A stretch of DNA of 64,000 nucleotides from NCBI GenBank assembly GCA_036172245.1, contig JAYWIR010000007.1, positions 310,001 to 374,000 on the forward strand. Reading direction: 5' to 3'. Of this stretch, positions 13,730-25,408 are shown one piece after another. The notes under the pieces are model-generated. The model did no database searches. It worked only from the letters and a program-made list of their open reading frames with translations, and was not told the origin of the DNA. Position 1 is the first letter of the stretch; each line of letters begins with the position of its first letter. Position numbers and translations under genes: made by a program. Origin of the DNA: Raillietiella orientalis (Eukaryota).

Positions 13730-15400
13730 AGACGAAATCTTCATGCGGCTTGGAATGCCAGCAAACATATCAGCACGAGGAATACATGTAAACTCTGGAG
13801 TGTGTCGGTGGGTGGGGTCTTTAAGCCCATAGCACCTGGATGAAAACTGAACTTTGGACTCTTTGGGAGGTGGACTGTCCACGTTCACAATGAGCCTGAC
13901 TGCATTTCTTCGCCTGAGATCTGCGAGCACTCTATGGAAATTGGGCGATTCCTAATTCTCCGAGTTCCTGCCGGCTGAACCTTCTACTGGCAAAACCGCA
14001 CCGGGAAGGCTCCGCAGTGCAACAGCTGCAATGCCGAGTCCTGCCACTTCAGTGGAGGAGTGAAGCTGTTCACAAACACTAGGGAATTTCTACTTTAGCT
14101 GTTTAGAAACAGGCAAGATAAGAAGGAGGGAAGCAAGCAAGAATAGAGGGTTGGCTCTCCGCTCTACCTCCAAGGTGCCTGCCATCCTAGGAGCAATTGT
14201 CACAGGTCGTGGGATCTTGGGAAATGATGAAGCGTTGAGGGAATTGGAGATTCTGAAGGAACGAAAGGTAAAGCACGGATAAGTAATTGTCTTCTTGAAA
14301 ATGCTCGGATCTATCCGATGGAAACTGATCTCACCTCCAATCGACTCCAGCCTGCGACCTCACCTGGTGGTCCAAAGCAAAGGTCGAATCGTCAAACTCG
14401 AAGGGAGCCGACGGCTTCGGAGGACGCCAGGAAGAGGATAGAAGACAGAGAGTGCTATGGCCTCGCGACGAGATTCTCCTTCAGAGGAGTCACCTGCCTC
14501 TGCATGTATCCACGTGGTAATATCTCTCGCTGCTAGGGATCCGCTCAGCGTTGTCTGGTCGATGGCACAATCCCGAAGGAACTGGGGCTCCTGCAGAGGC
14601 GAGCCCATCACCTGTCGTAGATGATGGAAAGCCTTTTGGGATCCTCTCGAAGGGACGCTTCCAGAAAAGGGACGTTTCCAGAAGCACCCACCGCTCTCTT
14701 CAGATCTACTGGGGTCATAGGATAGGTCGCCCGCAGGTAATCTTACCAGCCCTATAAGACACACCGCAAGATGACGCCGAAGGAGCTTTTTCGTGAAAAC
14801 CGCCGAGACCGCTGAGGGCTTCTACCCTACAATTTGTAAAACTCCCACGAGGCGTTGCTATGTGCATCTTGAAGCAAAAAAAAAAAAAACAAAACATTAC
14901 TGAGGATGTGTACGGAATGGCAATACGGGTTGCTCTATTCTATCACGGGAAGTAATCCGCAACGGAACAATCTCCGAAAATTGCAGGAAGAGTTGGAGAG
15001 AGAGGAGACGGGAGGAGAGAAGAGAAGATGGTGGAAGCCCTTGCCTTCACCTGTTTGCATCCCCCTTTTAACACGTCATTTCGTGTACGAAAATTTGAAT
15101 GCTGATGCACCTGCCGATGAAAGGAACACTTTGGCTCCTCGAGCTCGCCGGCAGGCGATCCCAGCACGGAGGACTTCCAGATAATTCCGGAAGATATGTT
15201 TCTGGTCGCTTATTTTCATGAATTTGTCGTCCGTCAAAGGAGGATATGTGGAATGGTGGATGACGAAGGGGAAGGATCACGGGGGCTGGGAATTCTACTT
15301 GCGGCGCAGGCGAATTTTTCGGTGCCGGGCAGGGGAGTTCCCGAGTCCGCCGAGTACACGAAAAAGATCACGCTGTTCCACAGATTTTAAGCCCCCTCCT
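13730..15400 (+). mobile_element. Degraded L1/Tx1 ORF2 5' part (APE endonuclease, linker, RT N-terminus)
   Basis: Ordered degenerate motifs: LHAAWNAS (swNvrG), GRFLILRV, RIYPMETDLT, LTWWS..KGRIV (fTw...SRID), SHLPL (SDH.Pv), GRWHN (gWklN), FVYENL (fY..Ly), TKGKDHGGWEFY (KsPG.DG...EFY) and KITLFHR (ItLipK). Confidence 0.55.
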
Positions 15401-15689
15401 GAAGGGAAAGAAGGATGAATGTTCGGGAATGCGTTCGTGGGTGGACAACACTGATGTCGCCCCTCTGAGCATTTCTAGGCGACGGTACGGGGAAAGAATG
15501 ACCCTCTAAAGCAAGCACATATAAGTGTCACACACAGACGATTTGTCCCTGTTCCACTTCCGCAGATGCTCCCGATCGCCTCATACGTGATGATCGACTT
15601 TTTTGAGAAGCATTCCCTTCCTCCCTCCCCCACCCACCCCCTTTACCCCCAATTTTCTTTTTCTTCTCTTGAAGCAACATCAAGGGGAG

Positions 15690-16225
15690 ATCGTGAGGTG
15701 ATGGAAATCCCTTAGAGTTCTTCCGTTTCGCTTGCCTTTTTTTTCCTTTTCGGTTCGCTGAGTGCTCAAGAATCCTCTCCCCTCCGTAGAAGGGGGTGCT
15801 CACGAAGCCTTTTAAGGCTGTCCACGCCACTCAAGGGTGCGTGTTAACTTTTCGAGATTAGGGAGCAGCACTGGAAGGTTGTCCACCCTATATAAATCCA
15901 GGAAGGCTCCGCAGGAAGGAGTCCTTTCCCTCCCACGCCTGGAACCCTAGAGAGAGCCCCCCCCCTTCCTTATTTTCTCTGGAGGGGACCACCGCTCTTC
16001 GTTTCTCCTCCGGAGGGAACCGCTCCTTGTGTCCTCCTCCTCTGAAGAGAACCCCGAAAGGAGACGCTTCCCAATTTCTCTGAAGGGTCTTTCCCCGAAG
16101 GGAGAGGCGCACCTCTTCCACACTCTGCTGAGGCATCAGTTCCACCAGCACCATTTTCACCACCCAAGGGGAGCCGCGAAGAGACCCGACTCCTGGATTC
16201 CTGGAAGAACACCCGGAGGGTCGCC
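15690..16225 (-). mobile_element. tRNA-headed repeat family, copy B (body only, head missing)
   Basis: Shares caccctat..aatccaggaagg.ctccgcag, ctccggagggaacc, ctcctcctct.aagaga.ccccgaa and gactcct.gattcctggaag with the reverse complement of 9870-10330 and with 17800-18390. Confidence 0.75.
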
Positions 16226-16399
16226 GCCTTCCGAATCCCGGGACGCTCGGCCTCCGACGCGGCCCTTTTCGGACGCGAAAGTAGTACATCTGGAAAAAAC
16301 GCGACCGGAAACGGAAACGCATTTCCCGTCGGAAGCTTTGCACGCTTCTCGCGATTAAAGACGCAGATTGCTTCGAGGGGGGGGGGGGCTCACGATGCC

Positions 16400-16930
16400 G
16401 CCTGCCTACGTGTTGTACGCGCCCGCATTTTCCCGCTCCCACGTGTCTCGCGGGGAACTCCCACCCCGCCCAAATGACGGCCGCGACCTCTTCCCCGTTG
16501 AGTGTGCCACGCGGCCGCGGCGGCAACGTTTCTTCAGATGCCCTGCAGTTCTTTGCGCGGAAGTCTTTCCGTCGCGAGAGAATCTCGGATGCTGTTGGCA
16601 ACGCGAACGCAGCAGCACGAGAGCCGGAAGATGAGTTCCCGGGGATTGCGCGCGAGGCTGACAACAGACGCCCTCATTTCCCCACGATTCCTTCAAGCTG
16701 CAGACCAAGTTCCTCTTGACCAATGACGTGGTGACTCTTTCGCCTCGGACGATAAACCTAAGAAAAACCGGTCCTCTCTTCCTGCTTGTTCGATAATCCG
16801 AAGGATCACTTATAATTGGACTCTAAATCCGGGGGGGGGGGGGGAATTCCCTGATGATGATTCCAAGAATGGTTTGGATCTCTGGATCCTGCAGAAAATA
16901 TGCGTTCCCAGGCACACAGTCTCGGATTTG
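16400..16930 (+). mobile_element. Possible degraded APE endonuclease remnant
   Basis: Weak ordered motifs PVECATRPRRQRFF, DAVGNAN, DSFR and NGLDLWILQK. It may belong to the same old element as 18900-20760. Confidence 0.25.
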
Positions 16931-17589
16931 GATGGACCTCAGATAAAAATAAAGATGCAGGCGTACTGGAGTGCTCTGCACGTTGCCATGCCAGCGTCAA
17001 TCGAAGGCACAGATCAGTGCCTACTTCCCCTCAAGAGAGCCTGGTTTCTTCCCGGTTGCGGGTTGCCACGATGCCTCACGCTTTTGTTTATGTTTCTTTT
17101 TTTTGTGTTCTTTGACACATGTGAGACGCCTGCAGTTCTCTAAGCTCCCTATCAACCGTCACAAAAATCTGATCACGGGGAAGCTCATCATGTGAGCGGA
17201 CGCACGAAAATGCCAGCCGTCTGGCGAGGGGAACAACCGGGCCATCCTGCCAAATTAAGACGAACTTGATGCTTCGAGGCATCTAAGCAACCATCTAGAA
17301 TCGTGATCCGAATTTTTCCAATGTGTTGGGAGGGGGGGGGGGGAACTTCAATCTTCCGTGTTTTCCGGAAAGTCGGTCATCGCATGCCTACTCCCTGCCC
17401 AACGATTTTTGCCTTTCCCTACGTTGCATGTCATGAAACGACGCAATATTTGGGAATATTTCAGCCACTATTTGCGCACAGAGAGCACGGAGACGGGCGG
17501 CAAGCAAAAATGAGCGCGCGTGCGATACCCGTGGTACGCGATTGGCGCACGCATGCGTGCGAGCCGAGAGGGAGAGAAGGACGTCTTCC

Positions 17590-18616
17590 GGAAAAAGAAC
17601 CGGCTTGCTGGAGCAGGACTTCCGAATGGCCACCTGCGATCGCAGGGGGACCCTGCAGTGTCCAGGCGTGCCTCCGCAGACCCTCGAATCGCGGCGCGCC
17701 ACCCCGTGCCGTTTGGCGGAAGACGCTGGAGATCTGGATGCTGATCATGGGGGTCTTTTGGAGGTTCTGCGGTTTTTCGTTTTTGCCTTCGCTGCTTTCC
17801 TTTCGGCTTTTTTTCCGGTTCTCCGAGTACCTCAAGGACCGTCGCGCCCCTGGCGGCGGCGCACGCAGCTCTTTGGCACCGTTCCACGCCGCCCGAGGGA
17901 GCGGGTAACTCTTCGGGGTAGGGGGTGCCCCGGGAGGGGACCATCCTATGAATCCAGTAAGAACTCCGGAGAAGGGAGTCCCATTCCTTTCACTTCTGGA
18001 AAGGGATGGGAACCCTCCACCCTGGTTGTCTCCGAAGAGAACCCTGAAGGGAATCTCCTTCCTTATTATCTCCGGAGGGTCCCCCTGAGGGGGGTACGCT
18101 CCATTTTTCCTTTCCGAAGGGAACCCGTAAGGGAACCTATCCTTCTTCCCTCCTTTGAAGAGAACCCCGAAGGGATGCTTCCGAAATTTCTTAGAAGGGC
18201 GCTCCCCGAAAGGAGCGGCACGCTTCTCTGCAGTCTCTGGAGAGGTGGTGGCGACACACCTACTCCAAGGTACCACACGGAGGATCCCCCCCCCCCCTTT
18301 TTCGGGGAAGGTGGGTCCGCTCCTTTGGAAAACCGGTAGGCAACTACTCACTCCTTGATTAGGTTTCCTGGAGGAACCCCCCGGGACGGTCGACTCCCAA
18401 TACCGGCCATTCATCGGGGCATCCGGTTTGAACCGCTACCGGCGCCGCACCCGAATGAATAGAGGCCAACCAGCGTGGCATCTAGCGGGAAGAACTCGAA
18501 CCCACGACGCCCCCATCCCTCGGCGTCCATCTTTCCGGGTATTCGAACCCGCGACGCCTGTTGGTGCCACGCTCGGCGACCTCAACCACGTGGCCTCCGA
18601 CCTCGTGCCATGGGAC
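17590..18616 (-). mobile_element. tRNA-headed repeat family, copy C (head, UTR with internal repeats, ORF1 start)
   Basis: Minus-strand head gtcccatgg...gcgtcgcgggttcgaatac (B-box 18541-18549) and a duplicate gcgtcgtgggttcgagt (18494-18510). Internal gaagagaacc(c/t)gaagg units at ~18034 and ~18157. It continues into KTPMISIQISSVFRQTARGGAPRFEGLRRHAWTLQGPPAIAGGHSEVLLQQAG. Confidence 0.75.
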
Positions 18617-18899
18617 TCATATAAGGGGAGGGAGGGACATTTTGAAAACGCAGCAATGCCTCTCTCCGTCATTTGGGATGTCCCGACACCTGCGGCCGCG
18701 CACTTTTCCTTATCAGCGCGTGTTGCGATGGTGCGTGCGAGTGTTGGTTGGTGCCTCAGGAATTAAAAAAAAAAAAAATGGCAGGCAATTAAATTGAAAG
18801 CATGGGAGGGGGAGAGAGAGAAAAAAAAAAAGATTCCATCGGTAACTGCGCTACGATTTTGCCGCAGAGTGGTTGTCGGCTTGTTTATGGAGCATGTCC

Positions 18900-20760
18900 C
18901 ATTACACTGCCGGTACCCCTGCGCTAATGAATCGGCCAAATTGATTTGAGCCTTTCTGTCGATCAGTGGGGGTGAAGTCAGAAAATTCTCAAAGCCACCG
19001 ATTTGATGGGGTGAGGTGATGAGAGGGATCGGAAGCAAGAACAGGAGAGAAGTGTGGATAGCCATGGATGTGCAACCATCGAACAGCTTGTAATAGATCC
19101 GGGCCACATTTTTGCAGTGGTGGTTTGTGGTTTAGCGTTCCACTTGCAGCAGGACCAGTGCTGCTCTGTTGATTGTGTTGACCTGAAGAAGCGATCCTTC
19201 CCCGGAGCTGACTGTGCCAATCGTGGAATCTGCTCTGTATCCCACGATGATAATCACACTTACCTCTTTCCTCTGTAGGTATAAGCGAGCAAGAAAGATG
19301 GATACTTTTTTTGGATCCACAGCTTCAGTGGATCAGGAAGATCCACTGAAGCTGTGGTTTCCTTGATCGTGACAGAGACTCCTCTCAAGCGTTCCATCTG
19401 GAATATGGGAATCTATCCCGAACAGCTGAGCAGGAATCGAGCGGGATGGAGAGTGATAGGTGCAGCCTTCAGCTCTGCATCCTGACTTTATGAGATGCTG
19501 CGTAATAGCAACGACTGCCACTAAAAGAAGTGTACTCTAGCGAAAGAAGTAAGAAAGCCAAAAAAAAAAAAAAAAGGCAAAGTGATTGAGAAATTAGAAA
19601 GGGTGGCTGTGTTTTAGAAGGTGTTTTGTGAGGTGACTCCAAATGACCTTTCCCCTCTTCATCAGGACGAATTAGCACGAGATGGAAGCGGTGAACGACA
19701 CGCGCTCATGCTGCATCAATCTGCCGCACTCACGAGAACCGGTTAGCGATGGGATCCGGGTGTTCCTGTCCAGGAAGGAGCCATCTGGGTGCTCGCCATG
19801 CTTCTCGCCTGTTTCGCATGGCTCCCCGTCTACAGGATTCCCGTCTCCAGTCGTTTATAGGTCTGCTGATCAATCGTCCTTCCACCAGCGGACAATCTGT
19901 CGCCCTTCGGCTTGGAGGAGCTGTGCTTCGACATTTTCTTTTTCTTCTTCTGGGGAGATCCCTTTGCTCCTTTCAGTGTAACAGAGCTGCAGAGAGGCAC
20001 TCCACACGGGAACGCCGGTTCCATGCCGCGTGCCGGAACTCTCTCCAGCGCGGAACTCCTCTCACAATCTCGGTCTCGAAGGCGTGCCACACACTCCAGA
20101 TGACGAGATTCCTCACCCGGGCACTCAGGGACGTTTATTAAAATAAACCAGTTGGAAACTTCGCTCCCGACCGACGACGGAACAAGCAAAAAGGAGAGTC
20201 GACCGACACGCAGGCCGGGAGATGACGAGATGGGGAGATGTCTTTTGGGAGAAATCCAATGCAAGAGTCGGACTGCTGGCGCGCGCGCGTTTCCCTAAGG
20301 CGTTTCTCTGCGCAGCACAACTGAATTTCCTGTGCCGCCAAGTTGGCTCCGCAAACTCCACCCGTTTGAACCCATCTTTTCATTCCCACCTCCTCCTTTG
20401 CTTGCCGGTTTCGGCAACCTTGCAGCCGAATTCTTTTTCTTCTTTGTAAAGGCGATCTGCGCAGGTGCGAAATCTCTTTTCGACTACGGAACCATCCATG
20501 CTGGAGGTTTGCACAGTCTGTTTCGTGGAAGAACGGGAGCTGGTGACGATCTGTTGCCTTGCGTGGCAGCTCCCGACCCTGCCCCAGCTGCCAACCGATG
20601 CGTTCCCATGAAACGAAAGACCTTCAGCCTCATTCACCGCGGCGAAGCTCAGCTCTTGCTCGGAGCCAGTGCTGCACAGGGTAGCGCTCTTGGAGTGCTG
20701 CTGCACCAGACTCCTCTAGAAGCTGGTCTCTGGCGTGTGGGCTCCAGATCTCTATGGCAG
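18900..20760 (+). mobile_element. Very old L1/Tx1-type ORF2 remnant (RT to zf-RVT)
   Basis: Degenerate ordered motifs RYPCANESAKLI (RPIslLN.d.Kil), WIAMDVQ, RTICRP/LGG (lc.P...GGLG) and CWRFAQ...RPCPSCQPMRSHET (zf-RVT-like). Confidence 0.3.
19317..19357. repeat. Perfect 18-bp inverted repeat with a 5-nt loop
   Basis: CCACAGCTTCAGTGGATC (19317-19334), AGGAA, then GATCCACTGAAGCTGTGG (19340-19357). Confidence 0.95.
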
Positions 20761-21519
20761 GCGGTCTCGGCGTCCCTGAGTGGTCGAAGGTAACATTTAC
20801 TCAGTTCGCCTGCGACGTCTGCATTAGCGTCGTCGACCCAATGCAAACACTTCGTTTGCCCGCCGGAAGCGCACATCCGAGCATATGTCTCTCAGATCTT
20901 TTTTTTATTAAATAATTCTTTTTTAAAAGTGCAGAATCATTCTCGCTGGCTCTGCCTGATCTTCCAGCTCTTCCATGATGATCGATGAGCTGCTGTTTAG
21001 TTGATAGTGGACTGGTCTCTTGTGTTGTCCCTCCTTCATTATGTAGCGGATGGGGTCGCTTGCATCGTCGGGTGGATGCCCCAGTCTGTGAGCCCAGTAG
21101 ATGTCCCTGCTTGCCCTGATGCAGCAGGATACTTTCCCTCGTGGTTTTCTTTTATTCCTAGTAGTCTCAGCAGGCTATCGTTCTTGGGACCCCACGATGA
21201 AGACCTGCGTGATGGCTGTTTTGCCGGTCTGGCTAATGCTGTGCGTCACATTTTCCTATTTTTCCTCTTTCTTTTCCTTGCCTCCGAATGGGCAAGTAAA
21301 GTCCGTACTTCTCAAAGATGAGATCCGGCTTTGACGGGGGGTCCACTCCAGGCACCCTTTGGTCCGCTGGTACTAGCTTGCACCCTCCTACCTTTGTGGC
21401 GACTTTCTTCGCCAAAAGGCCAAGAAGCGGTCTTCCTCTCTGAAGTCCACTGAGGCTTCGAATCCATCAAGCCAGCGTCTGTGGTTAGGCAGGCATCTCG
21501 AGGAGAAGGGGGGAATTGT

Positions 21520-22163
21520 AGAGCAAAAAATTCGCATCCACGGTTTGCCCGCAATTATCTCGAGGCTCGGCGAAACGACTCGCATCAATCAGTTTCACCA
21601 ATCAGCACAAAATGACTTCCGTCTTTCTCGAAAGTTGTCTCTGTAAATCCTTCAGAATGTTCAAAGCTACCGATAGCAATTCGAATGCCCACGTGTCACG
21701 CAGCAAAGCGAGTCGACTCAGCCGAATACTTCCATAGGAATCTATTGGAGTGGAAGGCCATCAAGGAATGGATACCCTTCGTTAACAAGAAGCGTTTTCG
21801 TCCACGCTGGAGCGAGTTCCTCTTCTACGGTGACTTGGAATTTGACGAGTTCAAGTCCCGGTTCGCTTGTTGTCCCTATACTCCACTCCATGAGGAAGTT
21901 GGTTGCTTGCACCAACTTCAGGCATTCTCTCCATCGGGGCGTGCAAAGTCGTCCAAAGCGTACCCACGTGAGTCTCGTCGCCAAGGTTCGAGAGATGGGG
22001 GAAAATGGACTCGGACACAGTAACCCATCTGTTCAAGCGAAGAGCTCCTCCTCTCCGCGAAAGCACTCGCAATGAGCGATAACAACGCAAGAGGAGTGCT
22101 GTGAACGTCCGTCACCAGAAACACAAGGAGTTGCGAGAAGTTTCCTTGCCCGCACACGCTGCC
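21520..22163 (+). mobile_element. Old L1/Tx1 RT remnant, 5' half (host of the young insertion)
   Basis: KIRIHGLPA (KsPG.DGLpa), KKRFRP (nwRP) and LHQLQAFSPSGR (Q.gF..gR). The motif order continues at 25409, beyond the TSD. Confidence 0.5.
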
Positions 22164-22176
22164 AGCAACGAATCCC

Positions 22177-25100
22177 GACGTAGTGCTGTCGGTCGGACGT
22201 GTTCTGTACGCGCTCCTGACTCGCTTCGTTTTCATTGGTGTAGTGCGGTGATTCAGTGGTTGGAGGATGGCAGAAATGCCTGATCCCGCCACTAGTGAAT
22301 GTGGGGGGGGGGAGACGGTCGAACGTCACCCGTCCCCATGGAGGTGAGGGCACTAGCCCCTAAAGCTTCATCCCCCGCGCCAGCGAGGGACTACAGCGCC
22401 GTGGTCGCAGCGCCATCTGCAGCGGCCATGGCCGAGGCCCAGGCCTACAAGGCCTATAAATACAATCCCAGCCTGCTGTTTAAGGTAGGACGGGTGTTCG
22501 ATGATCGTGTGGCGCGCTCCTTTGAGCAGGAGCTGCACCGCTTGAATGCTAACAAGGAGGATCTGTTGGGTCTCTCCATCCGCAGCCGGGGGTCAGCATT
22601 TCGAGCTGACCTGCAAAGAAGCTGGGTTGGCGCAAAGACTGCTGCGAACCCCCGTTAGGATCGAAGGCCGCCAGATCTTCCCTGTCCCGGTGCATAACTC
22701 AATAGTTGTCCACCTCCGCGGAATCACCATACGGATGCCCCCGAGTGCCGTCAGGGTTGAATTGAGCAAATTCGGCACTGTGCACGCACTGTGGGCGAAG
22801 CCCAACAGACTCCGTACTTATGACGGACTTCTAAGCGGGCTCGCTGCTGCGCGCATCACGGTTGCCAAGGACGTGGGGATTCCCCACAAACTGGTTGTCG
22901 GCGGAGATACTGTCGACATCTGGTACCTGGGTGAACCCAAATACTGTGCGTTTTGTGATGCTACGGGACACGTGAAGAAACGTTGCCCCAACATCACCTG
23001 CCGCAAGTGCGAGGCAACCGGGCACACGGAAGAAATGTGCCCGAAAAAGACTCCGCGCGCGCTGGCTGCTGCCATGAGTGGCACGAACGCGAATAAAAAG
23101 AAGCCTGGCAAGCCCTGGCCAACGTCCGAAAAACAGGTTGACCCGGAGCTAGCCGAAAAGGCCGTGCCGAGCACCCCGTCTGCGGAAACGCAGGCAACCG
23201 GGGCGGAAGGAGAAGAGCCGGACTGGCAAAAGCTCAGCTACAAAAAAGGGAACTTGAAAAAGAAGAATAAAGTCCCTGCAAAAGCATTTGACTGCGTCGA
23301 CCAAGAGCTCCTGCTGGAGCTAATGGAGCGTCTGCGCTTCCCGGCCTCTTTATTAGCCTTTCTGCGCTCTTGCTGGCGCGACGCGCTGACCAATATTTCT
23401 TTCAGAGGAAGAAACGTGTTCGGTGTGCCGGTGCGCCGCGGGATACGGCAAGGTGACAGCTTGAGCCCCTTGCTTTTCAGCACCTACTTCGAGCTGGTGC
23501 TGAGGGCATACAGGGAGACTCTTGGTCGCCTGCCGCGCGTGTGCCCAGGTACACCGGCCGTGGCGTCTTATGCGGACGATCTTTTGCTGCTGCTCCCCAT
23601 GTCCACCCCGGTGTCGGCGGTCGAAAACTTTTTCGAGCTGCTGCGTCGCGGGACAGGGCTGGAGGTGAACAGAGCGAAGTCGTCCGTGGTTGCAGCTGGT
23701 TCATCGCGGGCAGGGCAGCCGGACTGGTCTAGCTTGGGAATCCCCACTGTACCGTACTTTAAGTACCTTGGTGTGCCGTTGGGAAACTATTCCCCTGCGG
23801 AAGCGTGGTCTAGCTGCCTCCAAAAGGCCGAGAGAGCGATCGGCCCGTTCCTGGATGGCAAGTTTTTCTTGCCGGAACGGGCCGTGGTGTGGAACACGTT
23901 CGTGGCCCCCCTTTTTCGCCCCTTGCATTTTGTTTGCCCTCCACCCTGCGGTGTCAGAAAACGGACGAAGGACCTCCTCAGAATTGCCCTTTGGGGCAGA
24001 GGTAGGCCCCGAGTCCGTTTGAAGGACTTATGTGCTCCTGGTCGCGATGGAGGCCTCGGCCTCCTCACGCTGGAGCGGCTGGAACTGCAGCTGCAGTTCA
24101 GGACTCTAGCTCTAGTAGCGAAGCTATGGAGCACCAGCTGGTGCGAGCCTGCACGACGCCTTGTTCAGCGAGCTAGCGGCTGCGCGGGACTGTCTGCCTT
24201 CCTAGCGCGCCGCGAACGCCGGTACCTGTTCCACTGCGGACTGGCACTTCGGCGAGTGGCGAAGCTGACCAGAACGAACACCTGGATCTCCTGTCAACCC
24301 GCGAACGGTACTTCCTGGTTGCAGCAGAGCCTTCGTACGTGGGCCCAGATCGAGGAAGCGAGCCCGGAGTTGCGGCAGCGAATGCTGCTCTCCTATCACA
24401 AGATCCGCTCGCTGCAGGACATCATTGTGCAGCCCACCTTGAGCGCATGGGCTGAGAGGACCTCCCTCGCCACGGCTCTGTTCCACCTCAGGGAGCACCT
24501 GGGCAGTAGCCAGCCGGCGAAATGGGAAGTCCGGTGTAGTATCTCTGGAAGAGAGAGAGAGCAAGGTGGTTGGACCACGGGCCAGTTGACAGACGCTGCG
24601 ACCCCAAGTGCCCCACCAAAGGGACTATTGCGCTGGGGCGAGCTGCTGAGCATCCCCATGGATGTACTCGAGTGGCCCCCGGTGCTGAAGACTACCCGGG
24701 CCCTCCCCCAGAAGTGGCAGGAGTCGGCGTTCCTGGTGTTGCACTGGAGACTCCTCAGCAACGCCTGCCGTTCGCACTGGACGAGGGGGGCTGTGGACCC
24801 AAATTGTGTCAGGTGCGGGGAACGGGAAACCCTCCTGCACCTGCTTCTTGACTGTGTTGCCCTCCGGCCTCTGTGGTTGCGTTTCGCAACGGCCCTAGGA
24901 GCACCCACGATCAACCCTAGAGACGTTCTGACACGCCTCTTTGTGCGTGACGCCCTTCGGCCTGCCGCAGCCCTTGCAGCCCTCTGCTGCCTACGAGGGA
25001 TTGTGGCGGCCTGGAGCACCGCCACTGGTGGACTGAACGACAGGGACATCATCTGCTCCGCCCTGCGTTTCCTGAGGACGGCAGCCAGATGGTCCCATTT

Positions 25101-25395
25101 GGGACGTATGCGGACCGAACTTGCCGGCATCCTGGAAAGGATGTAGAGGACGACTCCAGCGGAACGTGATCCCTTCCCCAACTCCTCCCTGCTTTTGTAA
25201 ATAGTGTTTTCTTTTTGTTTTTATTTGTCCTTTTCCCTCCCGCTGCCTAGTCGAACTCGCCAGCCTGCGTGCTTGCTACTCGGCAAGTTCAGACTTTTTA
25301 TTAGAACATTTTTAGGACACTGTAGGGGCAATAGCCCTACACTTGCTTGTTTGTTTTTACCAAAAAATAAACGCCCCGGCGCACCCGGGTGTGAA
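22177..25395 (+). mobile_element. Young, internally deleted Tx1/L1-type non-LTR retrotransposon with a 13-bp target-site duplication
   Basis: Flanked by identical AGCAACGAATCCC at 22164-22176 and 25396-25408. It has a 161-bp 5' UTR, coding region 22338-25146, a T-rich 3' UTR, AATAAA at 25366-25371 and a terminal motif at 25373-25395. Confidence 0.92.
22338..25146 (+). CDS. Gag-like ORF1 (two CCHC knuckles) fused in frame to an N-truncated RT plus zf-RVT; ~935 aa if one extra G in the 22588-22592 run is removed
   Basis: CAFCDATGHVKKRC and CRKCEATGHTEEMC knuckles; then KAFD, GIRQGDSLSPLLF, YADD, KYLGVPLG, GGLG and CVRCGERETLLHLLLDC. No APE motifs and no RT subdomains 0-2. One +1 frameshift lies near the N-terminus. 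Confidence 0.88.
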
Positions 25396-25408
25396 AGCAA
25401 CGAATCCC

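Noticed and set aside
24396..25181. 261-aa minus-strand ORF
   Set aside because: It is the antisense shadow of the GC-rich retrotransposon ORF and has no recognisable motifs.
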